A DNA stretch of 62,168 bases, the filler included. It is 4 parts of 4 records of this genome, joined end to end, with 100 filler letters (N's around TTAATTAATTAA, not from the genome) between each part and the next. Parts side by side here need not be neighbours in the genome. Positions count along the whole stretch, not along the records: positions 18,177 to 32,079 come from SRR20825006_71; 3 more parts are not named here. The stretch is one strand, 5' to 3'. The notes under the pieces were generated by a model. The model was given only the letters and a program-made list of their open reading frames with translations, was not told where the DNA came from and did no database searches. Positions within the stretch are counted from its first letter, which is position 1, and every line of letters starts with the position of its first letter. Positions 20,993 through 30,165 of this stretch are shown one piece after another. Both the position numbers and the translations under genes were made by a program.

Positions 20993-21901
20993 ATGATTAA
21001 AAATAAAGAACAAACTGTCCTTATTACTGGGGCAGGATCAGGAATGGGCCTTCAAACGGCAAAGACCCTTACTTTAGCAGGGTACAAGGTATACGCAGGT
21101 ATTAGAGACCCAAAAGGTCGCAACGCGCACAAATCAAAAATTCTTCTTGATTATGTTGAAAATAATGGAAAAATGGTAAAAATTGTAGATTTGGATATTC
21201 ATCTAGAAGATTCCTGTAATAAAGCTGCTGAAAAGATTATTGATAAAGATGGTAGTATAGATATTGTCATTCATAATGCAGCTCATCTCTTTATTGGTTA
21301 TTCAGAAGCGTTCACGCCAAAACAGCTAATGAGTACAGTAAATACCAATATAATTGGGGCACATAGATTAAATAGAGCCGTTTTGCCTCACATGAGAAAA
21401 AAGGAGTGTGGAATGATTTTGTATGTTGGAAGCGGAATAACCAATATTACCGCACCGTTCATGACCCCATATGTTATAGGAAAGGCAGGTTTGGACGCTT
21501 TAGCAGAAAATACAGCTTATGAAATTAGTCAGTTCGGTATTGAGACAACTATTCTTATGCCAGGTATATTCCTGGAAGGTACATCTCATTTTGAAACTGC
21601 TGAATTTCCAAAAGACGAAAATGTTCTGGAAGATTATAGTAGGCTTCAAAAAGACTATGATAATTATGAGACCGGATTGAATAACCTTTTTAGAACTGAT
21701 TACGCACCTATTCAGGGGGTTGCAGATAAAATTGTTGAAATTTTGTCATTACCAAGAGGTAAAAGGCCTTTAAGAGATACAATCGATTATTCTGATTGGA
21801 TTGCAGAACCAAGTAATGGTGTTAGGGAAGCTTTAACGAAGAGAGCTTTTAAGTTGATGGGGTATGAGAACTTGCTTAGAATAGGTAATTATGAAAATTA
21901 A
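20993..21901 (+). CDS. SDR oxidoreductase
   Basis: TGAGSGMG, HNAA and YVIGK motifs. Confidence 0.9.
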   Translation: MIKNKEQTVLITGAGSGMGLQTAKTLTLAGYKVYAGIRDPKGRNAHKSKILLDYVENNGKMVKIVDLDIHLEDSCNKAAEKIIDKDGSIDIVIHNAAHLFIGYSEAFTPKQLMSTVNTNIIGAHRLNRAVLPHMRKKECGMILYVGSGITNITAPFMTPYVIGKAGLDALAENTAYEISQFGIETTILMPGIFLEGTSHFETAEFPKDENVLEDYSRLQKDYDNYETGLNNLFRTDYAPIQGVADKIVEILSLPRGKRPLRDTIDYSDWIAEPSNGVREALTKRAFKLMGYENLLRIGNYEN

Positions 21902-22670
21902 GAACTACAAAGGTCGGGGAAAGAAATTTCTCGGCCTTTTACCAATATATTTTTTATTTACAGTTAATATTTCATGTGTTGAAAACAATAAAAAAATAAA
22001 TAATACAGATGTATTACAAACCGAAGGGAACAAGGAACTTATCAAAGAAAAATTTGATAAGTGGGTCAATAATGAAGCTAGTTTTTTTGATTTGTTGGCT
22101 CATGATGTAGAATGGACGGTGACTGGGAAATCACCCTATTCTGGAGTTTATAAAGGCAAAAATGATTTCATTCAAAAAGCAGTGATTCCAATTACATCTA
22201 AATTAAAAACCAATATAAAACCAGCATTAATAGCAATTACAGCAGAAGATGATGTGGTTTGGCTAAATTGGAAAGGAACGGCAACCACGATAACAGATGA
22301 AACATACGAAAATCATTATGCTTGGATGCTTATTTTCAAAAACGACTCTATTGTAAAAGTTACCGCTTTTTTAGACACCTACGAACTCTCTAAATTAAAA
22401 GATATGTCAAACAATGTTATTGAAACCATTGAAGAATCCAAAGCATACATTGGTATGTGGGTAACGCAAGACGGGAATATTCGTCACGAATTATTGCCTA
22501 ACAATCGCTATGACGAAGCAAGAGGAAATAAGAAAAGTGCTTACCAAGGCGACTATAAAGTTACTGGAAATCATATTGATTATAAAGATGATACTGGATT
22601 TACGGCTGATGGAGAATTCAAAAATGGAATTTTGTATCACGCAGGAATGATACTGTACAAAGAAAATTAA
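21891..22670 (+). CDS. Putative lipoprotein: SnoaL/NTF2-like domain fused to an Atu4866-like domain
   Basis: Hydrophobic signal ending NISC; LLAHDVEWTVTG...YENHYAW...AFLDT (SnoaL-like); C-terminal YIGMWVT.DG.IRHELLPN.RYDEARG...AYQG...DDTGFTADG (Atu4866-like). Confidence 0.8.
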   Translation: MKIKNYKGRGKKFLGLLPIYFLFTVNISCVENNKKINNTDVLQTEGNKELIKEKFDKWVNNEASFFDLLAHDVEWTVTGKSPYSGVYKGKNDFIQKAVIPITSKLKTNIKPALIAITAEDDVVWLNWKGTATTITDETYENHYAWMLIFKNDSIVKVTAFLDTYELSKLKDMSNNVIETIEESKAYIGMWVTQDGNIRHELLPNNRYDEARGNKKSAYQGDYKVTGNHIDYKDDTGFTADGEFKNGILYHAGMILYKEN

Positions 22671-22682
22671 TGCTTAAATTTA

Positions 22683-23600
22683 TTGAATAAAAAAATGCAT
22701 CAATTTAAATCCCTTAGTGAATTTCATAGGTATAGTGATTTACCAAAACCAGAACATCCATTAATTAGTTTAGTAGATTATAGTAAGGTTAATTACCCTA
22801 CAGATTCAGATGAAATTAAGTGGGTACAAGATTTTTATTCTATTGGATTAAAACGAAATGTAAGTGAGAAATTTAATTATGGTCAGCAACCGTATGATTT
22901 TAATGAAGGTGTATTGTCGTTTGTGGCACCACAGCAAATTCTAAACATTCAAATAAACCAAAATATAGAAGTAAAGTCGTCTGGGTGGTTACTACTTATT
23001 CACCCAGATTTTTTGTGGAATACCCCATTAGCCAAAATTATTAAAAATTACGATTTCTTTGGTTATGCTGTGAATGAAGCTCTTTTTTTGTCAGAAAAAG
23101 AAGAAAATATTATTATAGATATTTTAAAAAATATACAAAGAGAATACCAGGCAAATATTGATAAATTCAGTGAAAATATAATTATTACCCAAGTAGAGTT
23201 ATTGTTAAATTATGCTGAACGTTATTATGAAAGACAATTTATTACTCGGAAAATCAACAATCATCAAATCCTTGTAAAGCTCGAAGAAAAATTAGATAGT
23301 TATTTTAATAGTAGTGATATTCTAATTAATGGAGTTCCAACGGTTACACAAGTAGCAAACGATTTAAACCTTTCGCCTAATTATTTAAGCAGTATGTTGA
23401 AAATAATTAGCGGCCAAAGCACGCAACAACACATACAGAACAAGATAATTGAAAAAGCCAAAGAAAAATTATCGACCAACGAACTTTCGATCAGTGAAAT
23501 TGCCTATGAACTTGGTTTTGAATATCCGCAATCCTTCAGTAAATTATTTAAGCAAAAAACAAACCAAAGCCCGATGGCATTTAGGGCGAGGTTTAATTGA
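22683..23600 (+). CDS. AraC-family regulator
   Basis: PEHPLISLVD N-terminus; C-terminal ISEIAYELGFEYPQSFSKLFK. Start may be ATG 22695. Confidence 0.92.
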   Translation: MNKKMHQFKSLSEFHRYSDLPKPEHPLISLVDYSKVNYPTDSDEIKWVQDFYSIGLKRNVSEKFNYGQQPYDFNEGVLSFVAPQQILNIQINQNIEVKSSGWLLLIHPDFLWNTPLAKIIKNYDFFGYAVNEALFLSEKEENIIIDILKNIQREYQANIDKFSENIIITQVELLLNYAERYYERQFITRKINNHQILVKLEEKLDSYFNSSDILINGVPTVTQVANDLNLSPNYLSSMLKIISGQSTQQHIQNKIIEKAKEKLSTNELSISEIAYELGFEYPQSFSKLFKQKTNQSPMAFRARFN

Positions 23601-23601
23601 T

Positions 23602-24408
23602 ATGATAAACTATACTGAAATTTTCCCAACCCGCCAGGAATTAAGACCTTACATTGAAAGTTATGTGATATTAGCCCTTCATACGACCAAAATAAATACT
23701 AAGGTCTTTTTGTCGAGACCCGGGGCCACTCTGTTGATATCTTCTATTCCTTTCTCCGCTAACAAGCAAACCATAGAAACGGGGGTGCTTTTAGGTATAT
23801 CCGACGGTTCCAAAATCTTAAACTGGAAAGAAATGGCAACCGCACGGGGACTTATAGTAAAATTTTCTCCCTACGGTTTGAGTCGCTTTACGGATATTCC
23901 TATGGAACATCTTGGCAATGAAGCACTATCGGCTTCTTCAGTTTGGGGAAATTCTTTTCGAAAAACGCAAAACAAACTCATGGAAACAGCACATGTTACT
24001 ACTCAAATTGAAATAGCAGAAGCGTTTTTGATGAAACTATTCATCAAACCAAATGAAATTGACAAACGCATCTTTAGGATAGCGGATATTATTAAAACAA
24101 AGGACACCTGCAATTCGCTAGAATCCATAATAAAGGAAATACCGTTAAGCCAACGCCAAATAGAAAGAAGGTTTAAAGCACTTATGGGTGTCAATATTCA
24201 AACATTCAATAGAATCTGCCATTTCGAAAATGTAAAGTCCTTGTTAATGGAGAAACAACCAATAAGCCTTACCGAAGTTGGCTATCAGGCAGGCTATTAT
24301 GATCAGGCACATTTTATAAGAGAATTTAAGCGGTTTACAGCTTACAGTCCCAAGAGTTTTTTTGAGAAAGCCCCTTTTTACAGGTACATTTCAAAATTAA
24401 ATGACTAA
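23602..24408 (+). CDS. AraC-family regulator
   Basis: SQRQIERRFKALMG and AGYYDQAHFIREFKRF. Start trimmed to ATG 23602. Confidence 0.88.
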   Translation: MINYTEIFPTRQELRPYIESYVILALHTTKINTKVFLSRPGATLLISSIPFSANKQTIETGVLLGISDGSKILNWKEMATARGLIVKFSPYGLSRFTDIPMEHLGNEALSASSVWGNSFRKTQNKLMETAHVTTQIEIAEAFLMKLFIKPNEIDKRIFRIADIIKTKDTCNSLESIIKEIPLSQRQIERRFKALMGVNIQTFNRICHFENVKSLLMEKQPISLTEVGYQAGYYDQAHFIREFKRFTAYSPKSFFEKAPFYRYISKLND

Positions 24409-24477
24409 TAAGGAAGTCGTTCCTGTACAATTTTGATAAAAAACCTGTTGCTTTCTTTACCCTAAATAAAAAGTGAT

Positions 24478-25398
24478 ATGGGAAAATTAAACATTGTTAT
24501 GACAGGTGGCACCTCTGGTTTTGGGGGGATCACTGCAAAAGAGTTAATAAACAACCCGCATACAAGGGTGTTTTTAGGAAATAGGAACAAGGAAATCCAA
24601 GGTGCAGAACACATTCCGCTGAATTTAAATAGTTTGGAGAATGTCCGTTCATTCGTTTCAGAAATCACAAAAAAAATCAAACCTAAAAAAATTCAGGTAC
24701 TTATTTGCAATGCGGGTTTGAACCATCCTGATATTAATTCAAGAACAGTTGATGGTTTTGAAATGACTTTTGCGGTGAATCATTTAGCTCATTTTTACTT
24801 ATTAAGATTATTGATGCCCTATTTGGATACCAATGCTAGAATCATAATGACTACAAGTGGCACTCATGATCCTTCTGAAAATGCGATGGTAGCGCCTCCC
24901 AAACACGCCAATGCGATTTGGTTGGCATATCCTGAAAAGGATAAAACTTTGGATGAAAAAATGACCATCAACGCACAACGTGCCTATTCGTCATCAAAAT
25001 TATGCACCATTCTCACAATACGACACCTTGTTTCCACAGCTGAGGCAAAGCAAAACAATTGGCAATGCATCGCTTACGATCCCGGAGCAACTCCCGGTAC
25101 AGGTTTACTTCAAAAAGGGACATTATTTATGCGGTTGGCATGGCAGGTTTTTACCATACCCATTTTGCGCAAACGCATGCTTCCAAAATCAAACAGCATT
25201 CAAGATGCCGGTATCACTTTAGCCCACTTGGCATTGGGAAAAGTGGAGGTGCCGGCAGCAAATATTTATGTGGCATTAAGGGCTGGTAAAATAACTTTCC
25301 CACTACCTTCTAAACTGGCACAAAATGACACATTGATGCAGGAGCTTTGGCGAGATAGTGAACAACTTTTACTGGAGACTAAATTTATTTTAAAATAA
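24478..25398 (+). CDS. SDR oxidoreductase (retinol dehydrogenase/WWOX/POR-like)
   Basis: TGGTSGFG, CNAG, FAVNHLAHF, SSGTHDP-like (TTSGTHDP), YSSSK and DPG motifs. Confidence 0.88.
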   Translation: MGKLNIVMTGGTSGFGGITAKELINNPHTRVFLGNRNKEIQGAEHIPLNLNSLENVRSFVSEITKKIKPKKIQVLICNAGLNHPDINSRTVDGFEMTFAVNHLAHFYLLRLLMPYLDTNARIIMTTSGTHDPSENAMVAPPKHANAIWLAYPEKDKTLDEKMTINAQRAYSSSKLCTILTIRHLVSTAEAKQNNWQCIAYDPGATPGTGLLQKGTLFMRLAWQVFTIPILRKRMLPKSNSIQDAGITLAHLALGKVEVPAANIYVALRAGKITFPLPSKLAQNDTLMQELWRDSEQLLLETKFILK

Positions 25399-25473
25399 TG
25401 ACCATGGCATAAAATACGAGGCTGATATAAAGATTATCTTTCATTTTAAGCGCTACTGACGAATACATTAATA

Positions 25474-25512
25474 TTGAGCTGCTGAACAAATAAATTTGAG
25501 CTCCTGAGCAAA
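25474..25512 (+). promoter_or_regulatory. Tandem direct-repeat operator (AraC-type)
   Basis: TTGAGCTGCTGAACAAA and TTGAGCTCCTGAGCAAA with a 22-bp period, upstream of a TAACTTTG -7 box. Confidence 0.6.
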
Positions 25513-25557
25513 ACGATTAAAAAGCCTGCCATCTAACTTTGTAAAAAAACCAGGCCA

Positions 25558-26373
25558 ATGAATAAAGTAGCATTAATAACAGGAGCTTCTGCAGGTATTG
25601 GCAAAGCAACCGCCATTCTCTTGGCAGAAAAAGGATACAATGTTTACGGTGTCGCCCGCAGGTTAGATAGAATGAATGATTTGAAAGAATTGGGCATCAA
25701 ACCTCTTGCTCTGAATCTTACTAAGAATGAAAGTATGATTACTGCGGTCGATCAAATTTTTAATGAAGCTGGGCGTATAGATGTGTTGGTAAACAATGCC
25801 GGCTTTGGTTCTTACGGTGCTATTGAAGATGTAAGTATGGACGATGCCCGCTATCAATTGGAAGTAAATGTCATGGGGGCTATGCGATTAACTCAATTGG
25901 TGCTGCCCAAAATGCGAGAACATGGCCAAGGTAAAATAATTAATATCTCCTCTGTTGGAGGGAAAGTAGCATTGCCCATGGGTGGATGGTACCACGCGAG
26001 CAAATTTGCCCTGGAAGCCCTTAGTGACTGTATGCGGATGGAAGTTAAGCCTTTTGGAATAGATGTCATTGTGGTAGAACCGGGAGCGACAAAATCGGAA
26101 TGGGCCAACATTGCTTTTGACAGCCTGATGAAGGTTTCGGGCGATACTCATTACAAAGATCTGGCTGGCAAAGTGTATAATACTTTCGAAAAAGTAGCCA
26201 AAAATGTTTCCGCTCCTGAAAACATTGCCCAGCTTATTCTTAAAGCCATAGAATCTACAAGTCCCAAGGCAAGATATGTGAGTGGAAAGTGGGACGCGAA
26301 ATTTTTGTTAACTTTAAAAAGGATTGTGTCTGACAATATGATGGATAAATTAATAATGGGGCAGGCAAAATAA
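25558..26373 (+). CDS. Classical SDR oxidoreductase
   Basis: TGASAGIG, NNAG and YHASK motifs. Confidence 0.93.
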   Translation: MNKVALITGASAGIGKATAILLAEKGYNVYGVARRLDRMNDLKELGIKPLALNLTKNESMITAVDQIFNEAGRIDVLVNNAGFGSYGAIEDVSMDDARYQLEVNVMGAMRLTQLVLPKMREHGQGKIINISSVGGKVALPMGGWYHASKFALEALSDCMRMEVKPFGIDVIVVEPGATKSEWANIAFDSLMKVSGDTHYKDLAGKVYNTFEKVAKNVSAPENIAQLILKAIESTSPKARYVSGKWDAKFLLTLKRIVSDNMMDKLIMGQAK

Positions 26374-26379
26374 ACACTT

Positions 26380-27189
26380 ATGGAAAGTCATCAAATAATA
26401 CAACATAACATTTTATACTCCTGTTCTTATCAAAAAGAGCAGAGTTCTGAGCAATTTTTACCAGAACATAGTCTGGGAATTACATTGTCAGGGGAAGCGG
26501 AATATTTTACCAATGAAGGTTCTTATATAGTGAAGCCAGACACTATAGGTTTGATGCGCAGGAACCAATTGGTCAAAAAATACAAAAAGCCATCGGCTAC
26601 CGGAGAACCCTTTAAAATGATAGGTGTGTTTTTTGACCAGCAAACACTTCGGCGATATGCTGCTGAAAATGCCATGGAGGAGCAACAACCCTATCGGGGA
26701 AAAGCAGTCATCCAGCTTACAGGAAATCCTGTCATCAAAGGTTTTTTTGATTCACTCATCCCTTATGAAAGCCATCCCGAGAAGCTCTCAATCCAAATAT
26801 GCGAGCTTAAAACTAGGGAAGCTATTGAGCTTTTGTTGCAAATCGATTCTTCTTTCAAAAACTTTTTGTTTGACTTCAAGGAGCCTTATAAAGTAGATTT
26901 GGAAAATTTTATGAACCTGAATTATCAATACAATGTACCTGTAGGCACTTTCGCCAAACTAACGGGGCGGAGCCTTTCTACTTTTAAAAGGGACTTTTCA
27001 AAGATTTTTGATTCACCTCCGGAAAAATGGGTACAAAGGAAACGTTTGGAGATGGCACATTATCTCATGGCCCAAAAGAAAAAACGACCAACCGATGTCT
27101 ATCTGGAAGTTGGTTTTGAAAATCTTTCGCATTTCTCATTTGCCTTCAAAAAGCACTATGGTTTCCCGCCAAGTGAGGTGTGCAATTAA
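26380..27189 (+). CDS. AraC-family regulator (ExsA-like)
   Basis: TGRSLSTFKRDF and VGFENLSHFSFAFKKHYG motifs. Confidence 0.92.
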   Translation: MESHQIIQHNILYSCSYQKEQSSEQFLPEHSLGITLSGEAEYFTNEGSYIVKPDTIGLMRRNQLVKKYKKPSATGEPFKMIGVFFDQQTLRRYAAENAMEEQQPYRGKAVIQLTGNPVIKGFFDSLIPYESHPEKLSIQICELKTREAIELLLQIDSSFKNFLFDFKEPYKVDLENFMNLNYQYNVPVGTFAKLTGRSLSTFKRDFSKIFDSPPEKWVQRKRLEMAHYLMAQKKKRPTDVYLEVGFENLSHFSFAFKKHYGFPPSEVCN

Positions 27190-27322
27190 ATAGCGACAAT
27201 TCGTCAATTATAATCTCCCTAACCCTTATCTGAACGTTTCAACAAACAAATAAGGACTTTTCAAGAAAACAGCCAGCCTCCATCCTATTGTAACTTTGCT
27301 GTTCATTAAACAAAGAACCACA

Positions 27323-28345
27323 ATGAAAAAATTAATTGTATTATCATCGATGGTGATGCTTTTGTTATCTGGCTGTGCTTATCAAGTCAAAATCTCTGAT
27401 CCCAAACAAATGGCTCACATGAGTCAGCAAGCGCAGGATTCAATTAAGTCATTCAAGTATTACCGATTTCCGCTCATCAACCTCAACGACAAGCAAAAAT
27501 TGATGGCCAGAGAACAGTGGCATGCTTATGAAAACTGGATGTTGGAAGATATGCACAAACGCTTTGAGTTTACAACAAAAGACACTTCCATAGCCAATGT
27601 AAAAGTTGCTATCATCCAACCCAAACACATTCAACCCGGCAACGAAAACACCATAGGTTTCCACCTACACGGTGGAGGATTTATGATGGGTACGCCTTAC
27701 GAAAGAGCTGCCATGTTGATGGCAAATGAATATGGTTATCCTATTTTTTCGGTCGATTACTCATTGTCGCCCGAAGTAAAGTACCCAGTGGCTATCAATG
27801 AATCTCTTGAGGTTTATAAAGCATTAACCCGACAATTTCCGGACAAAAAGATAGTAAGTTCGTCCATATCTGCCGGTGGGCAAATCTTACAATCTATGTT
27901 GCTCAAAGCACAATCTGAAAATCTCAGGATGCCTGATGCGAATGTATTGTTCACTCCTGCATTGGATCTTAACTTTGCAGGAAATGACTCCTATTATTTT
28001 AATGATGGCCGGGATGTTATTGCTTTAAAAAACAGCGCTGATAAACTTTTTAAGAATTTATATTTACCGGAGGATGTAAACGTAAATGATCCGTTGGTAT
28101 CACCGGTATTTGCAGATTACAAAGGAAATTTTCCACCCACTATTTTATCTACCGGAACAAGGGATCTTTTTCTGAGCATTTCCGTGCGAACCTTTTGGAA
28201 GTTAAAAGAAGGTGGGATCAATACTGAACTCTTAGTGGGAGAAGGAGGATGGCACGCCTATCAATACTATCCCGGAATACCCGAGGCTATAGCAGCCAGA
28301 AAAGCTGTTTATCAATTTTTGGATAAGCATTTGAAGTCATTATGA
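27323..28345 (+). CDS. Lipoprotein alpha/beta hydrolase (HSL-family esterase)
   Basis: Lipobox LSGC, HGGGF, DYSLSPE..YP, nucleophile SISAGG, GTRD and GGWH. Start ATG 27323. Confidence 0.85.
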   Translation: MKKLIVLSSMVMLLLSGCAYQVKISDPKQMAHMSQQAQDSIKSFKYYRFPLINLNDKQKLMAREQWHAYENWMLEDMHKRFEFTTKDTSIANVKVAIIQPKHIQPGNENTIGFHLHGGGFMMGTPYERAAMLMANEYGYPIFSVDYSLSPEVKYPVAINESLEVYKALTRQFPDKKIVSSSISAGGQILQSMLLKAQSENLRMPDANVLFTPALDLNFAGNDSYYFNDGRDVIALKNSADKLFKNLYLPEDVNVNDPLVSPVFADYKGNFPPTILSTGTRDLFLSISVRTFWKLKEGGINTELLVGEGGWHAYQYYPGIPEAIAARKAVYQFLDKHLKSL

Positions 28346-28361
28346 TAAATACAGTTAAGAA

Positions 28362-28559
28362 CGCCTGATTCCAAAATAGAACAGTATTAAAAATGCAGAG
28401 ATGACTTTAGCACATTTGGCATTAGAGAAAGTGGAAGTGCCAGCGGAAAAAATTAATGCAGCATTGAGAACCGGTAAATGAACCTTTCCACTGATCTCTT
28501 TATTGACACAAGCTGATGCGCTGATGCAAGACCTCTAGTTGGCTAGTGAACAACTTTAC
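28362..28559 (+). pseudogene. Degenerate paralogous copy of the 3' end of the SDR at 24478-25398
   Basis: Reads RLIPK*NSIKNAEMTLAHLALEKVEVPAEKINAALRTGK*TFPLISLLTQADALMQDL*LASEQL, colinear with RMLPKSNSIQDAGITLAHLALGKVEVPAANIYVALRAGKITFPLPSKLAQNDTLMQELWRDSEQL starting at 25174. Confidence 0.9.
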
Positions 28560-28751
28560 TTTTAAAGGACACAAAATTTAATGAGTATAGCTAGCCATTT
28601 TAATCTATTTCGAAAGTTCTTCGACCTTGGTATGAGTGATTATAGAGGGGTCAAGAATCGTGGATTTGGAGGTTTTTAAGGACTATCCCCCAGAAAGAAC
28701 ACTTTTAAACAGGTAAAATTCGAAAGGAATAAAAATCACTAACTTGCGGCT

Positions 28752-29321
28752 ATGAAAGAATTTATCGAATATATCTTACATTTCGGACAATTAAACGAAC
28801 AGCAAATAGCATTTATTTCCGAGAGGGTAAAAGAGTTAGAGTTGAAGAACGATGAGTACTTTTCAGAAGCAGGAAAAATTGCACAACAAGTAGGGTTTAT
28901 TGTCGAAGGTGTGGTGCGGGTTTGCTATTACAACAATAAAGGCGAAGATATAACCCGCTATTTCTTTGATGAAAACCAGTTGGTGGTAGAAATGAAAAGC
29001 TTCGAGAGCCATATGGAAAGCTCCGAATACATACAAGCGGTAACGGACTGCAAACTAATCGTTATATCGAAGTCCGATTGGGAAGCATTTTCTCAAAGCA
29101 TGCCCGGTTGGGATAACCTCGTGAATAAGATGATACAGAAAATCTTACTGCAAAAATTGGAAAAAAGAAGTCCGTTGATCGAACAAGATGCGACCACCCG
29201 GTATTTGACATTTATAGATAAATTCCCGCAGCTTGCCAACCGCATTCCATTATCACATCTTGCATCTTATTTGGGCATTACACCTTCTTCATTGAGCAGA
29301 ATAAGAAAAAATATCCAATAA
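28752..29321 (+). CDS. Crp/Fnr-family cNMP-binding regulator (Bacteroidetes short type)
   Basis: GFIVEGVVRVCYY and RIPLSHLASYLGITPSSLSRIRK motifs. Confidence 0.9.
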   Translation: MKEFIEYILHFGQLNEQQIAFISERVKELELKNDEYFSEAGKIAQQVGFIVEGVVRVCYYNNKGEDITRYFFDENQLVVEMKSFESHMESSEYIQAVTDCKLIVISKSDWEAFSQSMPGWDNLVNKMIQKILLQKLEKRSPLIEQDATTRYLTFIDKFPQLANRIPLSHLASYLGITPSSLSRIRKNIQ

Positions 29322-29399
29322 AAACGCTTTTTGCCAAATGACAAGTGGTTTCATTTCTGAAATATGCAGCTTTGTAATATTAATTTAAAAATCAGAAAT

Positions 29400-30140
29400 A
29401 TGAAATCAGCATTAGTCACAGGAGCTAACAAAGGCGTGGGCTATGAAACGGCACGGCAATTATTGCAAAAAGGACTATTTGTGTACCTGGGCAGCCGCAA
29501 AATAGAAAACGGTCTGAAAGCTGTAGAAAAACTTAAAGCCGAAGGTTTGGACCATTTAAAAGCGATACAAATAGATGTCACCGATCAGGAATCCATAAAT
29601 GCTGCCCGTATTGAGATAGGCAAAAGCACCAAAGTACTGGATGCACTCATTAACAATGCAGGAATAAGCGGAGGAGGTTTCCCCCAAACATCAATTAACT
29701 CAGGCATAGATACTTATAAAGAGGTTTTCGATACAAATTTATTTGGAGTGGTAAGGGTTACCCAATCTTTTATTGATTTGCTAAGAAAATCTCCCGAACC
29801 CCGAATCGTCAATGTATCTTCAAGCGGATGCTCCATCACTTTACACAGCGACCCAAGCTGGGAGTTTTATCATCATAAGGCAGCGGTTTACGGCCCTTCC
29901 AAAGCAGCATTAAATATGTACACCGTCTGCCTTGCCTATGAATTACGGGAAACTGCCTTTAAAGTAAATGCTGTTGACCCCGGCTTTATCGCCACTGATT
30001 TCAACAACCACAATGGCACTGATACAGCTGAAAATGCAGGGGGACGCATTGCTAAATATGCCATCATTGGTCAGGACGGACCAAATGGGAAATTTATCAG
30101 CGAATTTCATAATCCTGAAACAGGGGAGATTCCATGGTAA
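29400..30140 (+). CDS. SDR, carbonyl-reductase-like
   Basis: TGANKGVG, NNAG, YGPSK and VDPGFIATDFN. Start ATG 29400. Confidence 0.9.
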   Translation: MKSALVTGANKGVGYETARQLLQKGLFVYLGSRKIENGLKAVEKLKAEGLDHLKAIQIDVTDQESINAARIEIGKSTKVLDALINNAGISGGGFPQTSINSGIDTYKEVFDTNLFGVVRVTQSFIDLLRKSPEPRIVNVSSSGCSITLHSDPSWEFYHHKAAVYGPSKAALNMYTVCLAYELRETAFKVNAVDPGFIATDFNNHNGTDTAENAGGRIAKYAIIGQDGPNGKFISEFHNPETGEIPW

Positions 30141-30165
30141 GAACTAATTAAAGCAATGCTAGTAA

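Noticed and set aside
23449..23601. Long N-terminal extension of the second AraC overlapping the first (possible frameshift fusion)
   Set aside because: Both genes are complete AraC proteins, and an ATG at 23602 directly follows the upstream stop.
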